Shown: positions 25,845-38,422, counted from the whole stretch's first letter. The stretch: DNA of 63,844 bases, filler included, from Psammoneis japonica (GCA_008632985.1; 5 parts of 5 records of this genome joined end to end with filler, not necessarily neighbours in it); one strand, 5' to 3'. Notes: a model not told the origin generated them from the letters alone. Numbers and translations are program-made.

Positions 25845-26728
25845 GGGCAGAAAGCTGGGGAGACAAAACATTGACACGCGTCGAGATGAATGTTTTCAAC
25901 CCGCTCTTGGGAGGAATTCCGAGTGACAACAACGCAGTCGAAAGCGGCAACTGTCATGACAAGAATGCTTTGAATCGCCAAAAGCGAAGTGTCGCTCCGT
26001 TCATGCCAAAACTTTGCAAATTGCTGCCCGGCTGCAGCAAAGAGGACTTGCTGCACTGTGGGAGCATGAAGGCAGAGATCCACAACTGGGATTTTTGTGA
26101 ACGAGTGCACACGACTCTCACGAATCATGAAAACAACAGGGCTGCTTTTCTTTCTTTGCAGCAGCCGTTCCAAGATGTCCGTGGCCCTGTGGGTGCGCCG
26201 CGAGGGTCGCACACTCTTGGGGGGCAGCACTGCGTTGATGATCTCGTTGACCTTGGCGTTGACATGGATGACACCAATGCATGCAAAAAGTGTCTCACGA
26301 CAAATCGATGGATGCATCAGTGCAAGATGCCACTCCGGAACCCTGAAAAAGCCACTGCCAAGTTCAACGTGAGTTGTGAAACGGCTGTGGATTGGATCAA
26401 GACGTTCCACATCATGACGCCGATCCTTCCATCAGACGACATGACTTGAGCTGCAATGAAAGAGCTTCGCGCGATGCTCACACACAACGGGCTGCCAGCG
26501 ATGCTGATGGAAGAGCTGTTGGAACAAGGCATCGACACGGGTCTCATGTCTTGCACATGCCAGACGTGCCAGCATCGTGTGTGGTGCCACCATTCATGTG
26601 CCATGGCAAAGCACCGAGGAACAGTGTTGGGTTTTCCTCCCACTCTAAATGCAAAGGACTGTTCCAAGCGTCGGGCCGGTCGTCCCAAGGCTGCAAGGCG
26701 TGGAGGAGCCCTGACGGTCGACTCGTGA
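24880..26728 (+). mobile_element. Mutator/MULE-like transposase, C-terminal part with SWIM zinc finger; hypermutated pseudogene
   Basis: CSFH (CxxH), SDNNAVESGN (TNNxxESxN, catalytic Glu region), CTCQTCQHRVWCHH (SWIM), RRAGRPK tail; frameshift near 25182 and in-frame TGA at 26447. A truncated duplicate lies at 18868-19831. Confidence 0.78.
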
Positions 26729-26911
26729 AGTTCGACCAACAGACAAGTGGCTGGAGTGCAAAATTGAGTGCAACCCAACCCACAGTCCAAAATTGAATGT
26801 GCTGCACACTGTCACATGGCAGAGTGCAAAGTTGAGTGCAACCTGGTCTGCAGTCCAAAATTGAATGCACCACACACTGTCGCACAGTGTGATGTTGTGT
26901 TGTGCCGCATC

Positions 26912-27925
26912 CCAAGTGCACCTGTCCCCACGAGCAACACGTCGACAAACAACATCTTCTGCTGCCTTCTTGATGCTCTGAAAGATGAGTTGGTGGGTTT
27001 CCTCATCTTCACTCGATGCAACACCACAAGCAACAATGTGGCCCTCTTGGTTCAAACTTGCAACCTTGGTTGGCACTGGACCAGCCTTTTCATGTGTGCA
27101 ACGGTGCGACGTGTCGACGGCGAAAAAGAAATCTTGCCCTGGCGCAAGTTGACGACATCCATTTGGCAGCAGATTCTCTGTAGAAAGTGCACAACAAAAC
27201 CGCTCCGCGTCGCTGTCGCAAAAATGCTCATCCCCGCAAAGGTGTGTTGTGTGCTCGTCAAACGCATCAGGGTTCATGGAGTCGCGCTTGCATCCCTCAA
27301 GTGCACCCACAGTGCATCCCCAGCCTGCTCCGCTCCCTCCATTGGCAAGTTGCGACGTCAAAACTTTCTTGGCTTGCTTTGAAAGCACCCTCTTGGCCTT
27401 CCGCTGCGCGCCCTTGTCGAGATTCAAATTCTGTCCAAGGCCCCTTTGGAGCAATTGACTCGGGCGCAACTCAGCACGCGACGGCGAGCCAAAGACTTGC
27501 AAGACTTGTTTTGCCAGCTGGCTCTTGCAGAAAGACACGTTGTGGTCTGCACGGGGCACCAATCCTTTGAATGTTTGATCGTTGTTCGGTTGGCTTTGAA
27601 CAATCTCCACGCGGCAGCTGCACTTGCTTTGACAATGAAGCGCACAACGCGCCACTCGTCGTTGCCCGCCCTTCAGTTTCCTCGTCTCCCACTTCTTGAA
27701 TTTCCAAAACAGTTTGTCCCCTTGTGCAGGAAGATGCCCCCACTCCGCACGCGCAATTTTGGAGAGTGCATTTTCCAACTCATTGTTGGCAAAGACACTG
27801 TTGCCGGTGTCGGGGTCGACCCAAGGGTCAAGCTCAAAGATGTCATTGTTTCTCTTGCGCTTCGGCGCTGGCTCAGAAACCTCGCCACCGCTCATGTTCG
27901 TCACAGTCGATGACGAAGCAAACAC
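26912..27925 (-). mobile_element. Mutator/MULE-like transposase, N-terminal part (zinc finger plus first catalytic Asp); hypermutated
   Basis: ARCALHCQSKCSCRV...DHN (WRKY/FLYWCH-like) and FFFAVDTSHR...HIVACGVASSEDEETH (MULE DxTY[R/K]...AY...ExxxxY pattern with Y changed to H/C). Confidence 0.72.
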
Positions 27926-27952
27926 AGCATGGCAAATTGAGCGCTTGCGCCG

Positions 27953-28052
27953 NNNNNNNNNNNNNNNNNNNNNNNNNNNNNNNNNNNNNNNNNNNNTTAA
28001 TTAATTAANNNNNNNNNNNNNNNNNNNNNNNNNNNNNNNNNNNNNNNNNNNN
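27953..28052. other. Artificial contig linker
   Basis: 44 N + TTAATTAATTAA + 44 N. Confidence 0.98.
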
Positions 28053-30834
28053 TGTGCATCCATCTTCTCACATGTCCATGTTTTATCCTCTTGTTCACAT
28101 TCGCCATGCAAGAGCCTTCCTTGACTGTCCCCAACAAGAAGCCAAAGACTGCATCGCACTCTGCCAAGGCACATCCTCCTTCGTCTGCCGACCTGCCGTC
28201 GTCACGGGAGGCAAACCGCACTCTCACTGCCAACCTTCCCACTTTGTCAGAAACCATGGATTCCCACAAACCTTCCTCTTGTCGATCACTCCAAAACCAT
28301 TGGCAAAGAGAGATTCAAGTGCGGCCTCCTCGAGGTGGGAATCATTGTTGTCTTGCGACAGAGAGGCGACCGATGGGTCACGCGGCGCCATGGTTGCTGT
28401 TCCAACACCAAAAAATCTGGTTTCTGTGGAAACATGCCAGAGTGGTGTGTGGGAGAAGTTGCATGCGCGCCTGGCAGGATTTGGAGTTTTAAACACAAAA
28501 ACCTGCCAGACGCACATGTGACTTCTCCCAGGGAAATCCTGCGTGAGATCATGCCGGGAAAGGGCAATGCGGAGTGCAGAATTGATGGAAGAAAACATTG
28601 TGTTAAACAGCATCAGGAGAAAGGGTGCATGTGCTGGAAAACAACATGGATTTCTACATGCGCATCAAGGCATGTGAAGAACACGTGGGTGCCTTCAAGT
28701 GACGCATGCGAACAATCATAAAGAAACACTCGGAAATGGAGATGGCATGGAGAGAAGTCAGAAACATGGATCCAAAACAAAGTGACACACAACAGAAAAA
28801 ATGACAACAACAACAACAAGAGACGATGAAGGCAACGGCAACGGGATTGATGAAAAAGAAGGATTCGGATGGAAAGATGCCGGAGACGGTGAAAACAGGC
28901 GGCGCCAAGACGAAGAAGGAAGAGAAAAATGGGACAGGCAAAATGAAAAAAGAGAAAAAGAAGCCAACGACACGACGTCAAGAGGGGAGCAGTGACACGA
29001 TTCGGCATTTCGAGGGACCTCTTCCTCTCAATGATGTTCACCCAAATGCAAGAAATGCAGTGTGGCTTTTTTGGAACGGTGATGAGGAAACATCCAACGC
29101 GGCAGCAGCACATTTGAAATTCTTGCAAGAGAGCAGACAAGACACATGGAATGAAGAGGACGATGCGGATGACCAGGCAAATTGGAGCACAGTTGTTGAT
29201 TGAACAATTGGTGCACACTTTGCATGATGAAAATTGCATTGCATGCAATTGCAATGTTTGGCTTGTCGTTAAAGATCGTCAGTTGTTGTGAAAAAGGCAG
29301 AGCACAAAAATTAAAAAAACATCTGTGTTCAAACATGAAGAACAGCAGGAGATTGACAATCAACTAAATGACAAAAACCGTTGCAGGTAGATGAGCAGGT
29401 TTCATAATCTGGCAACACATTTTTGTCACACATGCAGATGTTACGATGTCGTGCACTCTGATGCAGTTGGTGCAAGATTGAATTGGGCAGAGATGGCTCA
29501 TGTTGGCCGTGCCCTTGCAAGATGCTCTGCCACCACCAGATGAGCTCTGTTGAGAGCCATGACAAGAAGATGTTTTTTGTGTTCTCAGCATGCTCCAGGT
29601 GCTGAAAATGCCAAGACAAAGCTGCCTTTAAGAGCCAATGACATGACCGTGTGCATTGCTTTTGGGTCAGAGTGAAGCAAGCTTGAGCCATCACAAAGGT
29701 GTGGTTCATTGGGCCACACTTGCAAGATGCTTTGATGCCACATGAGCCAAAGCCCTCCTCAGACACATGTGCAGCAGCAGAAGGTGAGGAACAAAAATGT
29801 TGAATTTGTTGGCTGGCTGGGTCTGTGTGTGGAGTTGGGCCTCAACTCTTTCACAGAACAGCCCACTTTTAGGACAAAGACAATGGGCTCCACTTTTGCA
29901 TTTGCAGCACTGTCAGCATCAGCTTCACACTCTGTTTGCAACACCACATTCAAAGCTGAGGTTTGAAGTGCTGTCCACGGTGGTCATGCTCTGTTTGTCA
30001 CACATCATGTGATTTGCATTTTTGTGCTGATCAGCATTGCTTTGTCAAAGCAACAAGAGCACCACAGTTGACAGCCTGCATGGCGTTGCTGCAAAGATCA
30101 GCCGGTGCTGTCCCAGAAGTGTGTGTGGCAGCAGTCCATCAGCAGCACCTTGGCAAACAGCAGCTGGATGAGCTGCCTGGTCTCTTCTTGCTGTTGCAAC
30201 CCTCGCTGGCTTTTTTCTGAAGAAACATGGTGGCACACAAAAGGCTGGTTGGTGGTGAAATCTGCACACCATTTTGTCTTCACAGGGCAAGCCAAACTGT
30301 GCTTGGTGACCTCACCAGAGAAAGCACGGCAAAACCTGAGCTTGAAAGTTGGGCTTGGCTGCCACCAAAGCAGCAACTCATCAAATTTTGCCTTGGTGAC
30401 AAACTTTGTTTCAAGGATGCAAGTGTGACAGGTCTGACACTTGCTGGAGCTCTTCCAACAACTCTTTGCCTGTGGTTGTGTTTTGTGCCAAAATGCCAGG
30501 GTGGGCAGTCAGAGGAAAGAGAGAGGGAGGTCTGTTGCAACAACTTGAGTGGTTGCAAAAGAGAGCCAAGACACCCACACTGCCAACTGATGGCATTTAA
30601 GTGACAGAGTGCAAGCTGGCAAATGTGCACATTGTGGCATTGGGAAGTTGTGGCAGGACTTGGTTTTCCAAGATGGGGCATTGGGGGGGCGGAGGAACAT
30701 TGACAATGACTTTCTCTGCTCCGGCAGTGTGTCACACACTCCGAAGCACATGGTGCATGGAGGCTGCATGGGCAAGGGATCGTGCACATTGAGTTCCAAC
30801 CACACAGGGCATGCTGCTGGCAGGGCCCTCTGCT

Positions 30835-31590
30835 CAAGGATTTGTGAAGTTTTTCAGGATGCACAAGCTCCAGCACAAATCCACGCGAGAGCCTGTTGCC
30901 ATGCGTGGTGCAAACACCATTGAACTTGTGCTGGAATTTGTGGAGGCCTGCATCGGGCTTCTGACTGGACAAACTTAACATCAAAAATTGTTGAAATGTC
31001 AATGACTTTCATTTCCAGAAATGTTCAAACGTTCTGGCAGAAGAATGACAGACACCATTTTTCCAGAATTTTTGCTTTTTGTGCATGTTTGAATGTCAAT
31101 GATTGAAAGCACACTTGCACACAATGACGTCAGAGTTCACACAGTCAAGATTGCTGCTTGAAGACTTGATGCCGAGCATGGCAACACATGCTCTGCTGCA
31201 CGCAGCTTGTGCATCCTGACAGACTTGCAAGTCCTTGCCTCTGCTGCCGCTCAAGCTGCACTTCTTTTAGCACAGCATCACATCCAAGGATTTACAAGTC
31301 CACCAGGATGCACAAGCTCTGGTGCAAATCTGTGCGCAAGCCTGTTGCCATGCATGGTGTGAACACCGTCAGAATTTGCACTGAGCCTTGCAGAGGTCTG
31401 CACAGGGGTCATGACTCAGAGAACCCAGCATTTGCAAATGTGTGTGTGTGGACATTGATGATTTCCAGAAATGTTCAAAAGTTCTGGTGGAAGAACAACA
31501 GATGCCATTCTTCCAGAACTTTTGCTTTTCGCACATGCCAACATTTGAAAACAGAGTTGTGTGCAATGACGTTGGAGTTCAGTGAGTCAA
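30835..31590 (+). repeat. Diverged direct duplication (~300-bp copies, ~450-bp offset)
   Basis: CAAGGATTT...CAGGATGCACAAGCTC...GCCTGTTGCCATGC at ~30835 and ~31285; ATTTCCAGAAATGTTCAAA in both copies. Confidence 0.8.
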
Positions 31591-32004
31591 GTTCAGTGTG
31601 ATGTGAGAAACAATGGCGTTGATGAGCTGAGACAAGTGGCAGATGCTGTGGCATGGACCACATGCCTTTCAAATTTCTTGGCTGCTCTCTGGGTTGCTTG
31701 TTGACACAGCATCGCAGCATCCTGCATGCATTGCGGTGTGCATGAAGTGCGGGTGGGTGCTGTTCTCCCTCCTTGTCCAATCTTCAACAAGATTCACTGC
31801 TGAACATCACAGCTGCACTTTTAGATTGCTCACAGTGTTGGTTTAGAAGGGCTTCACACCCTTGAACTTGTTGCATGTGCTCGCCACTGACTGGTGTGGT
31901 GAGCCAGCCACTTGCTTCTGTGTCAAATCTGCAGACAAGATTTCCCAAGATTGATGCCCAAACAAATCAAATTCAAAATGATGCTCCACAATTGTTGCAT
32001 GCAA

Positions 32005-32420
32005 GTCATTCCAAGTTGACATTGTTGAGTGCAGCATCAAGTTGAGCTGCCGTGCATGATGCAAAGTGGCTCCAGCATGCCCAACAACCATGCATCAAGG
32101 ATGAGACACAAGGTTGACACCCAACCTTGCAAGGATGCACCACCAAACAAACAAATGTGCAACAGCACTCTGAAGTTGTTTCAGGTCAGTTGTTCAAAGT
32201 TGATGTTGTCGAGTGCAGCATCAAGTTGAGCTGCCGTGCATGATGTGAAGCAGCTCCAGCATGCCCATCAATCATGCACCAAGGATGAGATGCAAGATCG
32301 GCACACAACAGTGCAAGCACACATCACCAAATGAATGAAATGTGCGGCGGCACTCTGCAGTTGTTGAACATCAGTCATTCCAGGTTGATGTTGTCGAGTG
32401 CAGCATCAAGTTGAGCTGTC
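32005..32420 (+). repeat. ~184-bp diverged tandem repeat, 3 anchors
   Basis: GAGTGCAGCATCAAGTTGAGCTG near 32026, 32211 and 32396. Confidence 0.8.
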
Positions 32421-34553
32421 ACTCACAACACGCCACCAACAACCACAATGATTGATGCCCAACTGTGCAAGGATGCATCACCCAACGAGTCAAACATGCA
32501 ATGGCACTCCACAATTGTTGTGTGTGAGTTGTTCCAGGAGCTTCCATTGAGTGTCAATGCGATCTGTCATGTGCAAACAATGCAGAGCGGCACCCACAGA
32601 GCTCCCAAATGACCAGCCGCATTGGCTTGGGTCGCCCCCACAATCCACAACTGGGTTCAAATCATTCACAAAGCTTCAATGCTGCAAACAACAGAGCGTC
32701 AATGCCTTGATCTAGAACATGATGCGAAACAAACAACTGCGAGCGCAAGACAAAGGCAGGCAACATGGCAGCACCCCCAAAAACATCAAAGCACAACACT
32801 GCGCCACAAGATGCACAACTGCATCTCAATGCACTGACTTTTTTCACCACAACACCACATGTCATGCATGTCAGTCATGGGACAGGGGCTGTTCTTGGCT
32901 GCATCAAGCCAATCGTCTTTGAAACGAGCATCACAGAGACGAACGCCATTTTCACCGTTGATGGTCATTGAATTGTGACCTCGCCATTGGAAAAGTGCCA
33001 GAAGCTGCGCAGCACAATTGGGTGGCAATTGATTTTGGGCAGATGGGCAAGTGCACATTTGCACAAAGCAACCAAGATTTTGAAAGGCACTGAGTCCATT
33101 GAGAGAGCGAGAGGTGGGAAGCATCGGCAATGCAGAGGCAGCACTGGCCACCTCAGCAGATCTGAGAATGTGCCCTGCATGCTTTGCAGGACCCACGCAC
33201 AATTCTGATTGCTCAAATGTTCACACCATCATGGTGGGTGCATGGCAGTCTTGTTTCAAGGAGGCATCGGGCAATGCACCCCCAATGGCATCTCTCAAGA
33301 AGCCTCCCACGCTGAGATTGCAGCCTTGGCAACACAACTCTCTGGCACAAAATCTGTGCCAGAACTTTTCCCACGGTGTCCCACTCATGATGCAACTGTG
33401 CTGGAACAGCAAGTTTGACAAGAAGCAGCACTTTTGGAGATTGAACGCTGTGCTCTGTTGGAGCTGGAGAAGCTTGAGGAACAGAGGAAAACTGCTTCGC
33501 AAGCTCTTGTTGACTGCACTGCCCAGGGGACTGACAAAAGTGAAACGAGTGCCCTTTGTGATTTTCTCTCACACATGTTCCCCTCTGCTTGCTGGCGGTT
33601 GCAACATCATCACAGCCAGACATGGCTCTGGTGAAGAAGCTCAGCAACCTCAAGGGGGGTCATCCCCACGTTTGTCCCAAAATTGCCGTTGCACTTGAAT
33701 GAGGTTTTTTGCAGTGTTTGTTTTTGAATGCAAGAATCATTCACAGTCACACCCAATCGCACACGAAAACGAGAATCATCAACACCGCCATCGAAGCACG
33801 ACAATGATGACAATTATCGACATTTCTCAAAAACGCAGTTTGCCGTCTACCAACTTTTGATGCGTGTGCAATCTTTGATGCGTGACAAACACAAAACAAA
33901 TGAGAGTTGGCAGACGGACCACCTCCGTCACAGACTTGTGGCTTGTTGTTTTCACCATGGTGAAGCACGGTGAAATTCAGGAAAAATCATGCAAAACACG
34001 AGCTATTCGGCCGAATTCGAGCTAAAAAAAGCAGCAACCGACCACCCTTAAATCCATGGACAAATAATGAATTACCGTAGCGAGCGCGTCACAAATCATC
34101 ACGCGCGCATGCGATTCAAATTTTTCACACATATCTATTTATACAATGTGGTTTTGTTTCTGGCCCGATAACATCCGTGAATGATTCATATCCGTTTTCT
34201 TATGCAATTGTGAGCGCGTCAAACGTCAATGACGCGCGCAAATGATTCGAATTTATTTACGCTTATAAATATCTGAATATGATCACTGCGTGGCCACTTA
34301 AAATATAGCATCCAGTCATTATATGTCTATTCAAACAGCCGTTTGCTTTTTGCAGATCACGCACGTGGTGTCTCGTACAAATTGTATGGAAGTCCAATTG
34401 CGAGCGAGACTGACTCGTGCACTTTGCGTTGTTCTCAGTTAAATAGTTCCGCAAAATCCGCCGCGCAACGACACTGTCACAACGCAACGACGACAACACG
34501 CCGTGTGTCATTGTTTATAGTATCCAAGCAAGTGAAGAACTCTCCTTACCACC

Positions 34554-37500
34554 ATGGTCAAACAAGAATTGTTCGATTCGTATCCACGTGAGCTCCTCGA
34601 CAAACTCGCAAAGGACCTGTGTTGCGTGGATGACAGGTCTGATCGCACGGGTCTCTGCAGCAGGCAGCTGCAAGAGTTCGAGGTGAAGGAACTCACGGAA
34701 GAATCCCGAAAAGAATTCGACAGGCGGATATTGAGGTATGCATTCACTTTCACTTTCAAGGGCAGGCTGCATGTGATTACAAAGGGAGGATTCAAAAACA
34801 AGAATTTCAAATTCAGGCTTTGTGTCGCCAAGGAGGATTTGGTAGAATTGTACACGGCCGTCAAGAACCACCCTAGAGACTGGATGCATACCGACGACAA
34901 CGGCAATTTGACACTGTTAGGAAGCACCTACAAAAAAACGTTTGGTTCGTATATTGAATCTAACGTTGCCAATTGCAAAGCTCAGGACGTATACAAGTGG
35001 TTTGACGACGGTGATTATAAACGGAAGTGAAAGCACAGGTCGACAGAATGCGGGAAGACAGGGAGAGGGAGGTAAGTTCATGCACGTGAGAATTCTACGT
35101 ATTTGGATGCCACGATACTGCAGTTCTGCAAGCTTATCTAACTTCTTTTTTGTTCGTTCCCTCATCTGTAGCAGCGTACCGCGGCAGCTGCTACAGAGCG
35201 GACGTGCGAACCGGAACTGGTACACGAGCCTCGTACGCTTCCTGATACCGAGGNATGAACAGTTGCCGGTGAGTACAGATTGTTATATTGTATTTTAGTG
35301 TGTACATTGTATGATACTCTGTGGCATTCTATCCACTTGTTTGCTGGCTTATTCATTTTGTATTCCGTTTCTCAATTAAACTCCCCGCAGATTGTATCAT
35401 CTTCCGAGTCGACGGAGGCACAACGCACTGGTCGCACTGGTGCTCCTTCCGTAGTGACGGGCGCCGCTTCAAATCAAACTGAGTTCCTTGCGTCCTTGCT
35501 GGCTGGTGCTGGCCAAGGAACGGGGGTCAACATTACCATTAATCAATATCAAGGCGATAACCGTCACTACGAAAACACCTACAACGGCACCGCCGCTCCA
35601 TCCAGTACCGACGGTAGCACCGCCGCTCCATCCAGCACTGACGGTCGCAACGCCGCTCCATCCAGTACTGACGGTAACACCGCCGCTCCATCCAGCACCG
35701 ACGGTAGGAACGCCGCTCCATCCAGCACCGACGGTGGTGACCGCACTCCTAGTTGGGTGGAACGAATCTTGGAGGGACAGGAACTCCAAGGCAAACGAAT
35801 CGTGGCGGAACAGGGACGCCAAGGCGAACGAATCTTGGCGGAACAGGGTCGAGTCTTGGCAGAACAGGGACGCCAAGGCGAACGAATCTTGGCGGAACAG
35901 GAACGCCAAGGCGTGCAGCTAAGCGAGGTGCACAAACAGGCGACTACCAAGAAGCCGCCTGCTAGTGCCAGTCGCTACAACCGTCATGCAAACAATCCCG
36001 AAGATACTTCACGGTACCAAAATGATGTATCTTCTCCACAGTAAGTTTCCGAGATTGTTTCTTTTTGTCATTTTGCGATTACTGTCATTAATTGTTGTGA
36101 CTTGCTTGCTTCTCATGTGGTTTTGGCAGGCGCAAGGAGGAGCCCTCGGTGCCCCATCGGAGCAGCGTCCGCGAAGAACTGGGCCCTCGGACGAAGCTGG
36201 AATACGACGAGATTACGTTGGTCTTTCAGGAGAAGGAGATGGAAACACCTATCGCGGTTCATCCCGATAACAAATTTCAAGGCGTTTTTGACCGGTACAA
36301 TAAAGGGCGAATTGATGTTAAGGTGGACAAGTTCATCTTCAAGTATGACGGATGCGAAATCAAACCAACCGAAACACCAAGAAGCTTAGTCATGGAAGAC
36401 AGATTCGTCATTGATGTGGAATTGAAGAAAGGCGTCTGCAAAGACGCGCCCATTGAGCTTCTCGACTCCTCCAGCGACGAGGATGAAGATGCCCCATCAA
36501 TGGAGGACAAGGCCCTCCCTACTTTTTGTTGCTTGCGTGAGAACTGCAAGCATCCGTTTCTGGGGCACGAACCTCACGAGTGCCACGAAGAGGGTTGCAC
36601 CCTGCAAATCCACCACCTTTGTGCCAGTGAGCAAAACCTAACTAGCAAAGATCATGACCTGGAAGTGTATTGCTGCATGGAGCACAAGCTCTCCGCGGAG
36701 CGCAAGAAGGAAGAGCGCAAGGAGCAACAACGCGAGGAGCAAGAGCTCTCTTGCGAAAACAAACCAAAGGCAGACAGTCCTGCTGATTTTGTCTCTGGAG
36801 CAACGGCGGTGTCTGGAAATGATAGACGCCTTAGCGTTACAACGCCGCCTAAGTTTGACGTAGATTCGAAGCCCACTTCGAGTTCGAAGCGTAGCACGCT
36901 AGTCGATATGGTATGTGGGTTTCTTTTCATGTTTGCTCTTTCTCAACAACGCGTCACCTAATCAAACGCTTTTGTCTTTCCTATGATTGCTTGGCTCAAG
37001 AATACGAACGTTGATAGAGCTGAGGAACGTAGCAGCAGTAAGCTAACCAAGTCTTCCAACGGTGTTGATGCCAAAACCACCGTCTACACGCACGGCTTGA
37101 ATGCGGAAAAGCCCTCCAGTCCTAATTCCAGTTTCGAGCTGAAAGATGCGTCCGATCCCTCGACAGCGACTGCTGACACCGGAGAAAAAGCCAACCTCGG
37201 GATAATGGGTCCTGTTGGTTTTGTCTCTGGAGCAACGGCGGTGTCTGGAAATGATAGACGCCTTAGCGTTACAACGCCGCCTAAGTTTGACGTAGATTCG
37301 AAGCCCACTTCGAGTTCGAAGCGTAGCACGTTAGTCGATATGGTATGTGGGTTTCTTTTCATGTTTGCTCTTTCTCAACAACGCGTCACCTAATCAAACG
37401 CTTTTGTCTTTCCTATGATTGCTTGGCTCAAGAATACGAACGTTGATAGAGCTGAGGAACGTAGCAGCAGAAAGCTAACCAAGTCTTCCAACGGTGTTGA

Positions 37501-38422
37501 TGCCAAAACCACCGTCTACACGCACGGCTTGAATGCGGAAAAGCCCTCCAGTCCTAATTCCAGTTTCGAGCTGAAAGATGCGTTCGATCCCTCGACAGCG
37601 ACTGCTGACACCGGAGAAAAAGCCAACCGCGGGATAATAGGCCCTGTTGGTTTTGTCTCTGGAGCAACGGCGGTGTCTGGAAATGATAGACGCCTTGTCA
37701 TTACAACGCCGCCTAAGTTTGACGTAGATTCGAAGCCCACTTCGAGTTCGAAGCGTAGCACGCTAGTCGATATGGTATGTGGTTTTCTTTTCATGTTTGC
37801 TCTTTCTCAACAACGCGTCACCTAATCAAACGCTTTTGTCTTTGCTATGATTGCTTTTTGCACCAGCTCTCTGCGGAGCGCAAGGAGCAACAGCTCAAGG
37901 AGAAAGAGCGCTTTTGCGAAAACAAGCCAAAGGCAGGCAGTCCTGCTGGTTTTGTCTATGGAGCAGCAGCGGTGGCTGGGAATGACAGTCGCCTTGTCGC
38001 TGCAACGCAGCCTACGTTTGATGTAGATCCGAAGCTCCGTTCGAGTTCGAATGCTAGTACGCCCGTCAATATGGTATGTGGTTTTCTTTTCATAGTTTCT
38101 CCTTTTCAAACGCTACACCTCCTAATCAAACGCTTTTGTCTTTGCTGTGATTGCTTTGCTCAAGAACACGAACGTCGATAGTGGTCCCGTCGACGAGGTA
38201 TGTGTGAGCGTCGATAGAGAAGATGATGGTGCCTCCGAGGGTGACGCGAAGCCGAGTGGCGATGGCTACGCTGCCGCCACCGCAGGTTCTCGAAAGGCCC
38301 CAGCTGGCACGGCGACGATCCGATGCGAAGCGAAAGTCAAGGGCGGGCATCGTCGCTGCAAAAATAAATTCACACCCAAATGTGAAGGGGAGAAATTCTG
38401 TGCCTTGCACACTCCCAAGTGA
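34554..38422 (+). CDS. Multi-exon protein (~1060 aa): SUMO-like (Rad60-SLD type) domain, SIM-like motif, PHD-like Cys/His finger, internal repeats, C-terminal C3H finger
   Basis: GT-AG introns at 35072-35171, 35269-35390, 36041-36129, 36911-37000, 37343-37432, 37775-37866 and 38074-38164 keep frame, given a 1-nt correction near 35020 and at N35254. Motifs: FIFKYDGCEIKPTETPRSLVMEDRFVIDV; PIELLDSSSDEDED; CCLRENC...CHEEGCTLQIHHLC...YCCMEH; RCEAKVKGGHRRCKN...FCALH. Confidence 0.75.
35588..35738 (+). repeat. Coding 30-bp minisatellite x5 ([T/N]AAPSSTDGx)
   Basis: CGCCGCTCCATCCAG(T/C)AC(C/T)GACGGT repeated with period 30. Confidence 0.93.
36785..38180 (+). repeat. 432-bp exon+intron tandem repeat (2 full copies plus partial and diverged copies)
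   Basis: TTTTGTCTCTGGAGCAACGGCGG near 36787, 37219 and 37651, diverged near 37950; each unit carries the same ~90-nt intron. Confidence 0.93.

Larger units (their letters stand above)
14084..27952. other. TpA-erased domain, all of contig 2
   Basis: ORFs of 578, 508 and 426 aa contain no Tyr; only a few dozen TA at most in 13.9 kb, while CpG is still abundant. Confidence 0.93.
28053..33800. other. TpA-erased and largely CpG-poor domain, left part of contig 3
   Basis: TA is very rare up to ~33810 and normal from ~34000; ORFs are unrecognisable and Cys/His-rich. Confidence 0.9.

Noticed and set aside
1..33800. Alternative genetic code or Tyr avoidance as the cause of Tyr-free ORFs
   Set aside because: Neighbouring genes use Tyr and TAA stops normally, and TA loss also affects non-coding repeats in every frame.
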